Shown in pieces: positions 31,054 through 43,007 of a DNA stretch of 54,218 nt; the stretch's first letter is position 1, and each line of letters begins with the position of its first letter. This DNA is from Alphaproteobacteria bacterium (GTDB taxonomy: Bacteria > Pseudomonadota > Alphaproteobacteria > Rhizobiales > NORP267). The stretch covers positions 1-54,218 of the forward strand of contig JAQRMX010000032.1 of NCBI GenBank assembly GCA_028599125.1, read 5' to 3'. The notes beneath the pieces were generated by a model, which was given only the letters and a program-made list of their open reading frames with translations, was not told where the DNA came from and did not search any database. Both the position numbers and the translations under genes were made by a program.

Positions 31054-32409
31054 GTGCCCTTTTCAGGGGTTGTTATTATTTATACCGGTTGTGATTGTGA
31101 GATGCATTTTATACGGAAGTCTGGCCAAATGATTTTGCGTGACGCCTTTCTTTTTGTTTTTTTATATTCTTTTGTGTTTATGATATCTGTTAGCGTCGTC
31201 TTGTGCCCTGCCCATGCTGTGGACGCGACGCATACGATGAATAAACGCCATTTTGAAAAACTCAAAGAAAAGGAACATGAGGCATCGCAACGTGCCGAAG
31301 TCCTACAATATGAAGTGGACGTTTTGTCTCATTCCCGTAGTCTGCTCAATCGCCAATTGATTGAAACGGCAGCTCGCATAAGGGAGGGTGAGGAAAAGAT
31401 CACTGTTTCTAAAGACCAGATGGTACGCCTTGGAGAGAAAGAGGCAAAGATTCGCCATTCTTTTGCGTCGCGTCGTATTATTTTGGCGAATCTACTTGGC
31501 GTTTTGGGACAGTTGAGCCGCCATTCGCCTCCTGCCCTGATTGTCAGGCCGGAAGATGCGCTGGCGGCGATTCGTTCAATGATTGCATTAGGGAGTTTTT
31601 TACCGGTTCTGAAAGAAGACGCACTGAAATTGGCACGTGACCTTTCTGATTTGGTTGCTCTGCGGAAAAATATTGCAAAGGAAAAAAGAGAGCTTCTTTC
31701 ACTGAAGCAAGATTTAGAGCAAGAGCAGGAACGTTTGGAAGCTCTTATTGATTCAAAGCAGCGTTCATTATTTTCTACGCGTACAGAATTGCTGAAAACC
31801 CGTCGTGAAGTTGAAACGCTTGCCCGGGAAGCTGTCAGTATCAAGGCCCTGATTTCCCGTATGGCCAAGCGGAACGAATCATCCGTGTCCCGAAAAAAAA
31901 GCAAGCCTCCTTCAGAGAGGAGCGGTATCGGTTTTTCCGATCTCGGGCGGATCAGACCGGCGGTTAGTTTTAGAAAAATGTTGGGAAAACTGTCTTTTCC
32001 TGTCCATGGTAAGCCATTATCCGCTTTTGGTGAAAAGAATAGGCTGGGTCGGATTTCCAGCGGTATTTCGATTGCCACCCGTGTGCGCGCGAATGTCACA
32101 TCTCCTGCTGATGGATGGATCGTTTATGCTGGTACGTTCCGTAGCTATGGTCACCTCTTGATACTCAACGTTGGTGAAGGTTATTATGTCGTCCTTGCAG
32201 GTCTCAGGAAGATCAGTGTTGAGGTTGATCAGTTTGTTCTTTCGGGTGAGCCGGTTGGAGCTATGGGAGTGGAAGCCGATTCCCATCGTTTGATTCTGGT
32301 TGAAGGTTCGCCGGATACTCCTGTACTATATGTGGAGTTTCGTAAAGATGGCAACGCGATAGATTCTGGTCCCTGGTGGTCGGGGATGCAAGAGGAGGAG
32401 CCGGGATAA
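31054..32409 (+). CDS. envC: Murein hydrolase activator EnvC (coiled coil plus degenerate M23 domain); start uncertain
   Basis: Signal peptide, long coiled coil, PVHG...FG, VTSPADGWIVYAGTFRSYG, LYVEFRKDG..ID; lacks the HxxxD zinc motif. Confidence 0.88.
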   Translation: MPFSGVVIIYTGCDCEMHFIRKSGQMILRDAFLFVFLYSFVFMISVSVVLCPAHAVDATHTMNKRHFEKLKEKEHEASQRAEVLQYEVDVLSHSRSLLNRQLIETAARIREGEEKITVSKDQMVRLGEKEAKIRHSFASRRIILANLLGVLGQLSRHSPPALIVRPEDALAAIRSMIALGSFLPVLKEDALKLARDLSDLVALRKNIAKEKRELLSLKQDLEQEQERLEALIDSKQRSLFSTRTELLKTRREVETLAREAVSIKALISRMAKRNESSVSRKKSKPPSERSGIGFSDLGRIRPAVSFRKMLGKLSFPVHGKPLSAFGEKNRLGRISSGISIATRVRANVTSPADGWIVYAGTFRSYGHLLILNVGEGYYVVLAGLRKISVEVDQFVLSGEPVGAMGVEADSHRLILVEGSPDTPVLYVEFRKDGNAIDSGPWWSGMQEEEPG

Positions 32410-32447
32410 AAATGTTGTACAGATTTATCTATCTTGGGTGGGTTGTG

Positions 32448-33875
32448 ATGCGTAAGACTTTATTTTCATTATTTATCTTTGTGTTCGGTTTGACATTTTA
32501 TGTGACTTTCTCTCCTTTATCTCTGTTTGCAGATGAAATGAAGACGAAGGAGAAAGAAAAAAATACCGAGGAGCTCATTTATGAGCAACTGAATCTGTTC
32601 GGGGATATTTTTTCCCGTATCCGGACAAATTATGTTGATGTTCCCGATGAGGTTGAACTGATCCGGGCTGCCGTTGATGGCATGCTTACGTCTCTGGATC
32701 CTCATTCTTCTTACCTTGATTCTGAAGATTTTGAGAAATTGAAGACGCAAACATCAGGGCAGTTTGGTGGTCTTGGCATAGAGGTTACTTTGCAGGACGG
32801 TGTGGTGAGGGTTGTATCTCCGATTGATGATACTCCAGCTGCGCGTTCAGGAATTATCGCTGGTGATCTGATTACCCGCCTGGATGATGAGGTTGTCTTT
32901 GGTATGAGCTTATCAGATGCTGTTGACAGGATGCGCGGGGATGTGGGCGCTCCTATTCTTCTTTCCATCCGGCGAAAGGGACACGATAACTTTCTGAAAG
33001 TCAAGATTATCCGCGATATGATTCAGATTCGTTCTGTTCGTCATCGCGTTGAGCGGGATAATATCGGATATATCCGGATTACGACGTTTAACAGGGAAAC
33101 CTCAAATATGCTAAAAGAAGCGGTCAAGGATATACAGTCAAAAGTTGCAGGCAGGGACTTCAAGGGGTATGTGCTTGACTTACGTAACAATCCTGGCGGC
33201 CTATTAACACAAGCCATTGAGGTCTCAGATATGTTGCTTGAAAAGGGGGAGATTGTTTCCACGCGTGGGCGTCATGCGGAAGGTTGGGAGCGTTACAGTG
33301 CTCATCGTGCTTCGGTTTTCGGAGGAAAGAATGTTCTTGTTTTGATAAATGGCGGGTCTGCATCGGCCTCTGAGATTGTTGCTGGTGCGCTACAGGATCA
33401 GAAGCGTGCACTTATCCTAGGGACTAGGTCGTTTGGGAAAGGTTCGGTCCAGACTGTTATGCCTCTTGGTTCTCATGGTGCAATGCGAATGACTACAGCG
33501 CGCTATTATACGCCCTCTGGTCTGTCTATTCAGGCAAAAGGCATTCTTCCTGATGTGATTGTGGAACAAGAATTGCCGGAACGTTTGAGGGACCGTCTGC
33601 CGAGCAAGCCTTTTAGCGAATCTGTTTTGCCAGGACATCTAGAAAGAGATGGGGAGCAGGACGATGAGAAGGAAGAGGATGAAGCCGGCTCTCTTGCTTA
33701 TATTCCGCGAGATTCTGAGAGAGATATACAGTTAAATTATGCCTTTGATGTTTTGCAGGGCATCAGGAAGGCTGGTGAAGCGCCTGGCCGATGGTCGAAG
33801 AAGGCAAAGAAAAAGAAAGAGACGATAGCCGGTATTTCTGTCGAAGAGAAGAAAAGTAAGAAAGATAAAAAATAG
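32448..33875 (+). CDS. ctpA: Carboxyl-terminal processing protease (S41 family)
   Basis: LDPHSSY, FGGLGIEV (PDZ), LDLRNNPGGLL, GSASASEIVAGALQD, FGKGSVQ. Confidence 0.96.
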   Translation: MRKTLFSLFIFVFGLTFYVTFSPLSLFADEMKTKEKEKNTEELIYEQLNLFGDIFSRIRTNYVDVPDEVELIRAAVDGMLTSLDPHSSYLDSEDFEKLKTQTSGQFGGLGIEVTLQDGVVRVVSPIDDTPAARSGIIAGDLITRLDDEVVFGMSLSDAVDRMRGDVGAPILLSIRRKGHDNFLKVKIIRDMIQIRSVRHRVERDNIGYIRITTFNRETSNMLKEAVKDIQSKVAGRDFKGYVLDLRNNPGGLLTQAIEVSDMLLEKGEIVSTRGRHAEGWERYSAHRASVFGGKNVLVLINGGSASASEIVAGALQDQKRALILGTRSFGKGSVQTVMPLGSHGAMRMTTARYYTPSGLSIQAKGILPDVIVEQELPERLRDRLPSKPFSESVLPGHLERDGEQDDEKEEDEAGSLAYIPRDSERDIQLNYAFDVLQGIRKAGEAPGRWSKKAKKKKETIAGISVEEKKSKKDKK

Positions 33876-33983
33876 TAACGAGGCGGCCCTGAGGCGAAAG
33901 AGGGGCCCTGTGTTGTTTGTTGTTCGGTTTTTTTGTTTGTCAGTAGAATATCTCTTGCTGTGCAGGAAACGTAAGGACCGTGA

Positions 33984-35237
33984 ATGGATGAGCTGAACGA
34001 ACCGTTGTCTCCTGAGAGCAGAAAGAGCAATTTTTTTACGCTGTCCGGTCAGTCAGTATCTGTACGTATAGCTCAGATTGCGGCCTGTGGCTTGTTTCTC
34101 CTGTGTTTTCTTCTTACTTTAGGTGCCTTCCTGCAATCCGATCTCCTTGGAGGAGAGCCGGTTGCTTATATTGAACTGAACGGAATCGAAAGTTACCTTG
34201 CGGAGCGCGTTGTGTCCGGAGAGGAGCCGGAGATGACGGTTTCTGTTTTGCCCGACGGGAGTGAGGAAGATATTTTCATTGTGAGAGGTGTTTCGGATGA
34301 GAACAGGGGCAAGGAGGGTGTCGCAATTATCACCCGTCCGGGGCAGAAGGTTGAGGAAAATAAAAAAATCCTTTTATCTGATTCCCGGCCTTCTCGGTTT
34401 TTTCCGAGAGGGCGGATTTCTGTTGTGAGTCTTGATAGCCGTATTATTGAGCGTTCGCCTATGGGGCTTTTACCACGGATTGGCGTAAACGGGGAGCAGG
34501 CGCGCGAAATTTATGCACGTCCCTTTTTTTTCCCGGATGTCGAAGATGTTAAGTCTGTTACCTTTATTTCTATCATCGTGGGAGGTCTGGGCCTCAATGA
34601 GCACTTTACGAAGGAAGCAATTTCCCGGTTCCCGGGCAGCGTAAGTTTAGCTTTTGCTCCTTATGGACGTGATTTGCAGTCTCGTGTAAATTTGGCGCGT
34701 AGTGACGGTCATGAAGTTTTACTCCAGCTTCCGATGGAACCGTTTGGTTATCCAGATAATGATCCCGGTCCCCACACGCTTCTAACGGACATGCATATGA
34801 ATGACAATCTTGAACGTTTGTATTGGCTTATGGCGCGTTTTACGGGTTATGTTGGCGTAATGAATTATCTCGGGGCTAAATTTACGGCTTCCAGTGAGGA
34901 TCTGACGCCTGTCTTACAGGAGATCGGATCACGGGGTCTTCTCTTTATTGATGACGGATCATCTTCCCGTAGTCTGGCCACGTCTTCCGGAGAGGTCGCC
35001 GGTGTTCAGGTCTATCGGGGTGATATCGTCATTGATGCGGGCCAGACACGAGAGAGCATTGAGGCCGCTTTACAGCGGCTGGAGTCGCTTGCTATGGAGC
35101 GCGGGCATGTGGTAGGAGTTGCCACGGCTTTTCCGATTACGATTGACGTTCTTTCCGAGTGGATGTCACGGCTTTCTGACCGGGGCTTTGAACTTGTACC
35201 GCTCAGTGCGGTTTCGCGTCTTCCAACGAGGGGCTGA
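33984..35237 (+). CDS. Divergent polysaccharide deacetylase family protein (YibQ-like)
   Basis: IIVGGLG, LAFAPYG, GHEVLLQLPMEP, DPGPHTL, NYLGAKF; canonical position after ctpA. Confidence 0.9.
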   Translation: MDELNEPLSPESRKSNFFTLSGQSVSVRIAQIAACGLFLLCFLLTLGAFLQSDLLGGEPVAYIELNGIESYLAERVVSGEEPEMTVSVLPDGSEEDIFIVRGVSDENRGKEGVAIITRPGQKVEENKKILLSDSRPSRFFPRGRISVVSLDSRIIERSPMGLLPRIGVNGEQAREIYARPFFFPDVEDVKSVTFISIIVGGLGLNEHFTKEAISRFPGSVSLAFAPYGRDLQSRVNLARSDGHEVLLQLPMEPFGYPDNDPGPHTLLTDMHMNDNLERLYWLMARFTGYVGVMNYLGAKFTASSEDLTPVLQEIGSRGLLFIDDGSSSRSLATSSGEVAGVQVYRGDIVIDAGQTRESIEAALQRLESLAMERGHVVGVATAFPITIDVLSEWMSRLSDRGFELVPLSAVSRLPTRG

Positions 35238-35322
35238 GTGTTTATGTCATGCTGTTGCGGTAGAGTTTTTTATTTTCATGTTTTACATGCTTTAGAAGCA
35301 GTGACATATTTTTCATTCGTCT

Positions 35323-35850
35323 ATGTGGATGGTCACGGATGTCTCTATAATGGTAGCTGAGGCAGACTCTTACAGGCTCTGTTCCGGCGTTTTGGTTTTG
35401 AACCGGGAGGGTCTTGTTTTTTTGGGTAAGCGTATCGGTTGTCCCGGTAATGAAGTTGACGATTCGCGCCAATGGTGGCAAATGCCGCAAGGGGGCATTG
35501 ACGAAGGTGAGAGTGCCAGGGATGCGGCCTTACGTGAATTACGTGAAGAGACCAGTATCTGCTCTGTTGAACCTCTTGGAGAGATTGAGGATTGGCTTTT
35601 TTATGATCTTCCGTTCCCTTTGCGTGGGCATATGTGGGGCGGTCGCTATTGCGGTCAGAAACAGAAATGGTTTGCTTTCCGGTTTGTCGGAGACGACAGT
35701 GAGATTAATATTTGTACCCCTGCCGGTGGCTGTCCTCCGGAATTTCTTGAATGGTGCTGGGCTCCTATGAGTGTTGCTATGGATTGTGCGATTCCCTTCA
35801 AGAAGGATGTTTATCATCAAGTTTTTTCTGCCTTTAGTCATTTGGCATGA
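35323..35850 (+). CDS. rppH: RNA pyrophosphohydrolase RppH/NudH
   Basis: WQMPQGGIDEGE...AALRELREETSI, GQKQKWF, IPFKKDVY. Confidence 0.95.
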   Translation: MWMVTDVSIMVAEADSYRLCSGVLVLNREGLVFLGKRIGCPGNEVDDSRQWWQMPQGGIDEGESARDAALRELREETSICSVEPLGEIEDWLFYDLPFPLRGHMWGGRYCGQKQKWFAFRFVGDDSEINICTPAGGCPPEFLEWCWAPMSVAMDCAIPFKKDVYHQVFSAFSHLA

Positions 35851-36080
35851 TCCCTGAGAGGGAAGAGGGATGTTTTTTCGGCGCTGATTCCTTCTCTTCT
35901 CAAAGCGGGGTTGCATGAGGCGTCGCTTTTTTTGCTGATGATTTTGCGTCAGCGGTTTTTCTTTTGGTTTCACCTCTGTCGTGGGGCTCGGAGTTTGGGG
36001 TTACCATCCCCGGGGCGTTATTTTCTTGCCTTGGTTTGATGGTTTTTCTTTTTTTCTGTTTTTTTAAGTATAGAGGGGCT

Positions 36081-37517
36081 ATGTCCGAATCTGATAAGGA
36101 AAGCAACAATGTCATCTGGGGCGGTCGTTTTTCGTCTGGTCCTTCAGCGATTATGCAGGAAATCAACCCGTCTATTGATTTTGATTGGAAACTTTTTGCT
36201 CATGATATCGCTGTCTCACGTGCTCATGCATTTATGTTAGGAGAACGGGGCATTATAGATGCCGCTGATGCATCTTCCATTGCGATAGGTCTGGACAGGA
36301 TCCTTTCGGAGATGAACGCTGGGACATTCAGTTTTTCCCGTGCTCTTGAAGATATCCATATGAATGTTGAAGCGCGCCTGACGGAATTAATCGGTCCTGC
36401 AGCGGGTCGTTTACATACGGCCCGTTCACGGAATGATCAGGTTGCTACAGATTTCAAGCTTTATGTACGTGATATGATTGACCGGCTTAATACTCAGTGC
36501 CGCCGTCTTCAATGGGCCCTTGCTGTTAAGGCTCTTGATTGTGCTGATATGGTTATGCCTGGTTTTACTCATCTGCAGTCTGCGCAACCTGTTACCTTTG
36601 GCCACCATCTTCTCGCGTATGTGGAAATGCTTCATCGTGATAGGGGTCGTTTTTCTGATGCGCGTCGCCGCGGTAATGAATGTCCTTTGGGGGCGGCCGC
36701 TCTGGCAGGAACGTCCTTTCCCATTGACCGGTACATGACAGCGGAATTACTTGGTTTTGATCGTCCGACAGCTAATTCTCTAGATTCTGTTTCAGATCGT
36801 GATTTTGCTCTAGAAGTATTGGCGGCGGGGACGATTACAGTCCTTCATCTCTCTCGTTTTGCGGAAGAGATTATTCTTTGGGTGACCCCACAGTTTGGCT
36901 TTCTTAAGCTGAGTGATGCTTTCACCACAGGATCTTCCATTATGCCACAGAAGCGTAATCCTGATGCCGCGGAGCTGATACGTGCGAAGACCGGTCGTAT
37001 TCTTGGCGCTTTTACGGGTTTGAGCTTAGTTTTAAAGGCGCTTCCCTTAAGTTATTCCAAGGATATGCAGGAGGATAAAGAGCCTGTTTTTGATGCTTTG
37101 GAGACTTTGTCTCTAGCTCTTTGCGCGATGACAGCCCTTGTGAAAGACATGCAGCCTGATCCGGTTGCTATGAGGAGAGCGGCGATGTCTGGTTTTTCAA
37201 CGGCGACGGATCTGGCGGACTGGCTTGTGAGCCGTCTGTCTATGCCATTCCGTGATGCCCATCATATTGCCGGACGTCTTGTGGCGTTGGCGGAGAGCGG
37301 TGGGGTAGGGTTGCAGGATTTATCCCTTGCCCAAATGCAGAGTATAGAGCCGTGCATTAATGAGGATATTTTTAGCGTATTGAGTGTTGAACAATCCGTT
37401 TCTAGTCGTATTAGTTATGGGGGTACGGCACCTGAGAATGTACGTAAAATGGCTGAGAATTGGTGTGAGTTTCTGAAAGAAGAGAGGGGCTCAGATCCAT
37501 CGGAAGGGCCTTACTGA
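36081..37517 (+). CDS. argH: Argininosuccinate lyase
   Basis: [46 protein letters not shown]. Confidence 0.98.
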   Translation: MSESDKESNNVIWGGRFSSGPSAIMQEINPSIDFDWKLFAHDIAVSRAHAFMLGERGIIDAADASSIAIGLDRILSEMNAGTFSFSRALEDIHMNVEARLTELIGPAAGRLHTARSRNDQVATDFKLYVRDMIDRLNTQCRRLQWALAVKALDCADMVMPGFTHLQSAQPVTFGHHLLAYVEMLHRDRGRFSDARRRGNECPLGAAALAGTSFPIDRYMTAELLGFDRPTANSLDSVSDRDFALEVLAAGTITVLHLSRFAEEIILWVTPQFGFLKLSDAFTTGSSIMPQKRNPDAAELIRAKTGRILGAFTGLSLVLKALPLSYSKDMQEDKEPVFDALETLSLALCAMTALVKDMQPDPVAMRRAAMSGFSTATDLADWLVSRLSMPFRDAHHIAGRLVALAESGGVGLQDLSLAQMQSIEPCINEDIFSVLSVEQSVSSRISYGGTAPENVRKMAENWCEFLKEERGSDPSEGPY

Positions 37518-37605
37518 AGCGTTCTGTTTTGCTCGTTGCCGGTTTTGCGCTCTTGTTCTGGTTTTGGCACCTGTCCATATCGGATTGAAGGGATTAATTT
37601 TCACT

Positions 37606-38883
37606 ATGGAGACATGTTTCACCTATCATGAGGGACGATTACACGGAGAGGGGGTTGCACTTCCGGAAATCGCACGTCATGTCGGTACACCCCTTTATTG
37701 CTATTCTGCATCAATGCTGGAAAATGCTTATAAGGCTTTTTCTGAAGCGTTTTCAAGTGTTCCCCACATGATTTGCTATGCCATGAAAGCAAATTCCAAT
37801 CAGGCTGTCCTGAAGCTTCTGGCTTCACATGGATCTGGGATGGACATTGTTTCCGCTGGCGAATTGCAGAGGGCTCTGGTTGCGGGTGTCCGAGGTGAGC
37901 AGATCGTTTTTTCAGGTGTCGGAAAAACAAGAGAAGAAATAGCAAATGCACTGGATGCCGGTATTCTGTGTTTCAATGTAGAGCTGGAAGCGGAGCTCCT
38001 GATATTGTCAGAACTTGCACAGGCTAAGGGTCTTGTTGCACCTGTTGCGATACGTGTGAATCCTGATGTTGATGCCAGGACACATGAGAAGATTTCAACC
38101 GGCGGCTTTAAAGATAAATTTGGTGTTCCTATTTCTCGTGCGCAGGAGCTTTATAAGCTAGCTGCGTCTCTTCCCTTTCTTGAGGTGCGGGGCATTGCGA
38201 TGCATATCGGCAGTCAGATTACTGAACTTGGTCCGTTTGAAACTGCGGTCTCCCGCCTTGTAGATCTGGTGCATGTTCTGAGGTCTGATGGCCATTGTCT
38301 TCGTCATATTGATGTAGGGGGGGGACTTGGAGTGTCCTATTGCGAAGAGATGCAGGTTCCCTTTCCTTTGCCCCTTGAAGATTACGCAAGGATGATTATG
38401 CGCCTGACATCCGGTTTGGGTCTGGGGCTTATCTTAGAGCCAGGGCGTTTGATTGTCGCGCATTCGGGTCTCCTTCTTACACGTGTGATTCATTCCAAGC
38501 AGGGGGAAAAAAAAACTTTTATTATCGTTGATGCGGCGATGAATGACCTAATTCGTCCCACGCTTTATGGGGCTTATCACGCAATTAAACCGGTTTGCGA
38601 GGTTCCGGACTCTCTGCCGTGGCTTATTGCTGACGTTGTTGGCGGGATCTGTGAGAGTGGTGATTTTTTTGCTCTGGATCGCCGAGTTCCTAGTCTGAGT
38701 TCCGGTGATCTTGTTGCTGTGATGACAGCGGGGGCTTATGGTGCGGTCCAGGCTTCAACTTATAATACGCGTCCTCTCATTCCTGAGGTATTGGTACGCG
38801 GATCGTGTTTTCAGGTTGTGCGTCCGCGTGAAACCTGTGAGGCTATAATCGCTCGTGATATTGTTCCCGACTGGCTGACCTGA
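37606..38883 (+). CDS. lysA: Diaminopimelate decarboxylase
   Basis: YAMKANS, FSGVGKT, HIGSQ, DVGGGLG, EPGR, ICESGD, GAYG...YN. Confidence 0.97.
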   Translation: METCFTYHEGRLHGEGVALPEIARHVGTPLYCYSASMLENAYKAFSEAFSSVPHMICYAMKANSNQAVLKLLASHGSGMDIVSAGELQRALVAGVRGEQIVFSGVGKTREEIANALDAGILCFNVELEAELLILSELAQAKGLVAPVAIRVNPDVDARTHEKISTGGFKDKFGVPISRAQELYKLAASLPFLEVRGIAMHIGSQITELGPFETAVSRLVDLVHVLRSDGHCLRHIDVGGGLGVSYCEEMQVPFPLPLEDYARMIMRLTSGLGLGLILEPGRLIVAHSGLLLTRVIHSKQGEKKTFIIVDAAMNDLIRPTLYGAYHAIKPVCEVPDSLPWLIADVVGGICESGDFFALDRRVPSLSSGDLVAVMTAGAYGAVQASTYNTRPLIPEVLVRGSCFQVVRPRETCEAIIARDIVPDWLT

Positions 38884-39086
38884 GGGACGGCCCTGATGGA
38901 CTTTGATCGGGTGAAGATGGTAATATTTAATGAGCATACCCGATATGAGGAGCTCCGCGCAAAAGAGGAGAGGGACACAGGGAAGCCCGTTTCAGCTCTA
39001 AGCTTTAGGGTCTTTGTTTTCTTTTTTCTTTATATCCAGTGGGAAAAATATGAGCTGGAACGTGCTTCACGTTGCGTTCTGACTGT

Positions 39087-39863
39087 TCAGAGCTTTCTCT
39101 TGACCATCATTTTTTTTATTTCTGTGATAGCTTTTGCGGGATTAAGACCCTTCGGACAGGCGTTGGCGCAATTCAGAATCGTATGGCAACGGTAAAGCCG
39201 GAACGGGTCTTCCAGATTATCAAGGCGCTCCCCCGTTGATTCATCGCGGCTGTCGATTAGCCATCTGTAAGCCTGAAGAAGAACTGCTGGTCCGAGATAT
39301 CGTTCTCCGTTCCACCAGTAGGAAGGGCAAGAAGAAGAACAGCAGGCGCAAAGGATACATTCATAAAGTCCATCCAGTTTTTCACGATCCTCACATGATT
39401 GTTTCCATTCCTTTTCCGGTGGCGGTGTTTCTGTTTTCAACCATGGATCAATAGACTGATGTTGTGCATAGAAATGTGAAAAATCCGGTACGAGGTCCTT
39501 GATAACTTCCATATGAGGCAAGGGGTAGATTTTGATGACAGGAGACACCTGATCCAGCCCCTTGATGCAGGCTAACCCGTTTGTCCCGTCAATATTCATA
39601 GCGCAGGAACCGCAAATACCTTCACGGCATGAGCGACGAAGAGTAAGAGTCGGGTCTATTTTGTTTTTTATCCATAAAAGAGCGTCAAGAACCATGGGGC
39701 CACAGTCTTCTGATTCTACATAATAGGTATCAATCCGGGGACTTTCGCTGTTGTCCGGATTCCATCTGTAAATCCTGAACTCACGAAGCGTGCCTCTTTC
39801 GGGCTTTGGCCATTTTTTTCCTTCACGGACGTTTGAATTTCTGGGGAGGGTCAATTGAACCAT
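39087..39863 (-). CDS. sdhB: Succinate dehydrogenase iron-sulfur subunit
   Basis: [34 protein letters not shown]. Confidence 0.99.
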   Translation of the reverse strand: MVQLTLPRNSNVREGKKWPKPERGTLREFRIYRWNPDNSESPRIDTYYVESEDCGPMVLDALLWIKNKIDPTLTLRRSCREGICGSCAMNIDGTNGLACIKGLDQVSPVIKIYPLPHMEVIKDLVPDFSHFYAQHQSIDPWLKTETPPPEKEWKQSCEDREKLDGLYECILCACCSSSCPSYWWNGERYLGPAVLLQAYRWLIDSRDESTGERLDNLEDPFRLYRCHTILNCANACPKGLNPAKAITEIKKMMVKRKL

Positions 39864-39959
39864 TTGTGTCTTTCCGTTTCATTTGTACGGGGCCGTTTGT
39901 GTTTTGTCCCATTTTTGGGTTCTGTTTATCTTCTCATATATTTCTAGATTTTTTATGTT

Positions 39960-41798
39960 TTAATAGACGCGTGCACGTGGCTGGATGTAATCAACGTCTT
40001 TACTCATTGTATGAGTGTGAACGGGCCGGTAATCAATTTCTGTTGCATATGTAACGGAATTGACCCGAACAAGAGTGTGTTTCATCCAGTTTTCATCATT
40101 TCTTTCGGGATAGTCCTCTCTTGCATGGGCTCCCCGACTTTCCTTTCGATTATAGGCACTTTCCATTGTTGCTACCGCCTGAGCGATCAGATTGTCATAT
40201 TCGAGTGTTTCAATAAGGTCTGTATTCCAGATCAGGGATCGATCGGTCACTTTAATGTTTTGACCGGCTCTCCAGATCTCGTGAATAAGTTCTTGTCCTT
40301 CTCTGAGTACGTCTCCAGTTCTGAAGACAGCGCAATTGGACTGCATGATTTTTTGCATATTCAGTCGCAGGACGGCTGTAGGCGTATCGCCATCGGCGTA
40401 CCGGAGCCGATCAAGCCTGGAAAGGGCGCTTTGTCCTGCATCCGGCGTCAGTTCTGGTTGCTTTGCTCCCGCTTTAAGTGTTTCTATACATTGTATAGCT
40501 GCGGCTTTCCCGAAGACAACAAGATCGACAAGAGAATTGGACCCGAGGCGGTTGGCACCGTGTACGGAGACGCAGGCTGCTTCACCTATGGCCATCAAGC
40601 CGGGAACAATTGCGTCCGGGTCACTATTTTTTCCAGATAGAACTTCCCCTCTGAAATTTGCAGGTATTCCGCCCATATTGTAGTGAACAGTGGGCAGAAC
40701 AGGAATAGGTTCTCGCGTGACATCAACCCCGGAGAAAATCCGTGCTGATTCAGAAATACCGGGCAAGCGTTCTACAAGGATATCGGGATCAAGATGACTG
40801 AGATGGAGGTGGAGATGATCTTTCTCCTTTCCAAGTCCCCTTCCATCCCGAATTTCCATGGTCATTGAGCGGGAAACGACATCACGTGAGGCAAGATCCT
40901 TTGCTGAAGGGGCATAACGCTCCATGAAGCGCTCGCCTTCGGCATTGGTCAAATATCCGCCTTCACCACGGGCCCCTTCTGTGATGAGACAGCCGGCCCC
41001 ATAAATCCCTGTCGGGTGAAATTGAACGAATTCCATGTCCTGTAGGGGAAGTCCAGTACGCAGGGTCATGGCGTTACCATCACCGGTGCAGATATGTGCT
41101 GAGGTGCAGGAGAAATAGGTGCGGCCATATCCTCCGGTTGCGAGGATGGTTTTTTGTGCACGGAAACGATGGATCGTTCCGTCTTCCATGTTGAGTGCCA
41201 TCAGACCGCGACAAATACCTTCAGAATCCATAATCAGATCTAGAGCGAAATATTCGATGAAAAATTTGGCTTTATTGCGCAGGGCCTGTCCATAGAGGGT
41301 GTGCAAAATGGCATGTCCGGTACGATCAGCGGCGGCGCATGTCCGTTGTGCGATACCTTTGCCATAATGTTTTGTCATGCCGCCGAAGGGCCGTTGATAA
41401 ATTTTTCCTTCTTTTGTTCGGCTAAAGGGTACACCGAAATGTTCCAGTTCATAGACGGCTTCCGGCGCATTTCTGCACAGATACTCAATAGCATCCTGAT
41501 CCCCTAGCCAATCCGATCCCTTGACCGTATCATACATATGCCATCGCCAATCATCGTCTCCCATATTCCCGAGAGCAGCTGAAATGCCTCCCTGGGCTGC
41601 GACAGTATGGCTGCGGGTAGGAAAAACCTTGGAGATACATGCTGTGGTCAAGCCGGCCTCGGCTGTCCCGAGTACAGCCCTTAGACCGGCACCGCCGGCG
41701 CCGATCACAACGACATCAAAACTGTGGTCAATAAGAGGATAGGCGGTTCCAGAAAGAGCGGGAGAGGCTACATTTCCTGTTTTTTTTTTAGAGGACAT
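39960..41798 (-). CDS. sdhA: Succinate dehydrogenase flavoprotein subunit
   Basis: [42 protein letters not shown]. Confidence 0.99.
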   Translation of the reverse strand: MSSKKKTGNVASPALSGTAYPLIDHSFDVVVIGAGGAGLRAVLGTAEAGLTTACISKVFPTRSHTVAAQGGISAALGNMGDDDWRWHMYDTVKGSDWLGDQDAIEYLCRNAPEAVYELEHFGVPFSRTKEGKIYQRPFGGMTKHYGKGIAQRTCAAADRTGHAILHTLYGQALRNKAKFFIEYFALDLIMDSEGICRGLMALNMEDGTIHRFRAQKTILATGGYGRTYFSCTSAHICTGDGNAMTLRTGLPLQDMEFVQFHPTGIYGAGCLITEGARGEGGYLTNAEGERFMERYAPSAKDLASRDVVSRSMTMEIRDGRGLGKEKDHLHLHLSHLDPDILVERLPGISESARIFSGVDVTREPIPVLPTVHYNMGGIPANFRGEVLSGKNSDPDAIVPGLMAIGEAACVSVHGANRLGSNSLVDLVVFGKAAAIQCIETLKAGAKQPELTPDAGQSALSRLDRLRYADGDTPTAVLRLNMQKIMQSNCAVFRTGDVLREGQELIHEIWRAGQNIKVTDRSLIWNTDLIETLEYDNLIAQAVATMESAYNRKESRGAHAREDYPERNDENWMKHTLVRVNSVTYATEIDYRPVHTHTMSKDVDYIQPRARVY

Positions 41799-41806
41799 TA
41801 GAGATA

Positions 41807-42187
41807 TCAGACTCCGAAACTGATTTTCAGGACGGCAAAAATACCGGTCATAGCGGTGAGGATACAAAAGAGCGTATTGGCAAGAAGGGCTGGTATTTTC
41901 AGATAAGTAACGTGAATGTAATCCTCAATGATTGTTTGCATACCGAGGCGCATGTGCACACTCATGGATAAAATGGAAAGAAGTGTAAAGATGGCCAGGA
42001 AGGGATGACTGAAGGTCGCACTAACCTGCGCATATGGCATACCGATGAGGGGAATAAGAAGATAGAAGAGGAAGAGGCTAAGGGGGATATTGGCGAGTGC
42101 AGTGAGCCTTTGGTGAAGAAAATGTTCTGTTCCGCTGTGTGCTGCTCCCAAACCCCGGACATTGCCCAAGGGTGTGCGCATATTCAT
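41807..42187 (-). CDS. sdhD: Succinate dehydrogenase hydrophobic anchor
   Basis: [33 protein letters not shown]. Confidence 0.96.
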   Translation of the reverse strand: MNMRTPLGNVRGLGAAHSGTEHFLHQRLTALANIPLSLFLFYLLIPLIGMPYAQVSATFSHPFLAIFTLLSILSMSVHMRLGMQTIIEDYIHVTYLKIPALLANTLFCILTAMTGIFAVLKISFGV

Positions 42188-42188
42188 T

Positions 42189-42620
42189 TTATCCTCCCCG
42201 TAAGGCATAAGCGACGATCCAGAGAAGTAGGGTGAGGAACGGGGCGCTGAAAGTTGTTACCATCGTCATTCTTTCCCGTTCTCTTTCTTTTAGCCCATAG
42301 CCTGTATCCCAGATAAGATAGCGAAGTCCGCTTATTAGATGATTAACCATGGCCCATGTCGCCCCGAACAGGATAATATAGCCTGGAACCGAGGCTATGA
42401 GGTTATTTACCTTGCTGAAACATGCGGGACCTAGAGCTGCCGCGAGGAGCCATGAAACAAACAGGGCCATGCTAAAATAAAGGATTCCACCGGTTATACG
42501 ATGGATGATTGACATGAGCATTGTTAGACGGAACCGGTAGATATGAAGATGGGGAGAGAGGGGGCGCTTGCCTGTGTCCTTCTTGCATGCGACATCTGCC
42601 CCGTCTGCGGTGTTCGTCAT
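42189..42620 (-). CDS. sdhC: Succinate dehydrogenase cytochrome b556 subunit
   Basis: RPLSPHLHIY, MSIIHRITG, HLISGLRYLIWD. Confidence 0.96.
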   Translation of the reverse strand: MTNTADGADVACKKDTGKRPLSPHLHIYRFRLTMLMSIIHRITGGILYFSMALFVSWLLAAALGPACFSKVNNLIASVPGYIILFGATWAMVNHLISGLRYLIWDTGYGLKERERERMTMVTTFSAPFLTLLLWIVAYALRGG

Positions 42621-42762
42621 TAATTTCTCCCTTAGCAACAAGGACTTTGACTCCCCCCCGAGAGGATTTCTTCTCCTTCATGAGGGCCTTTTTTATACCG
42701 ACACTTGCACACTCAGGAACAATTTACCATATTACAGACGGTTTGTCCCCTGTGATCCTTTG

Positions 42763-42796
42763 CTATTTTTCCTTTTGACTATTTTTCCTTTTGACT
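42763..42796. repeat. 16-bp tandem duplication (CTATTTTTCCTTTTGA)x2
   Basis: Read directly from the sequence. Confidence 0.85.
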
Positions 42797-43007
42797 CTGG
42801 GGCGGCTTTGAAAGCGTGCCCTTCCGGGGTCTTGATCTTGAAGCCCTGTTTTTATGATATGGCTCCGTTTACTGCGATATTGTATGTTTTTCTTATATTT
42901 CTGTTGTGATCCTGTAAAAGGAAAGACAGAAGCCCTTACGGTAAAGGAAAGCAAAAAAAGATGTGCTTTTTGTTTTATATTTCAGTTATTTATATTATAA
43001 TTTTTTG

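Noticed and set aside
37518-37605. Small lipoprotein gene usually found between argH and lysA
   Set aside because: Only 88 bp, with no lipobox ORF; at most an unrecognisable remnant.
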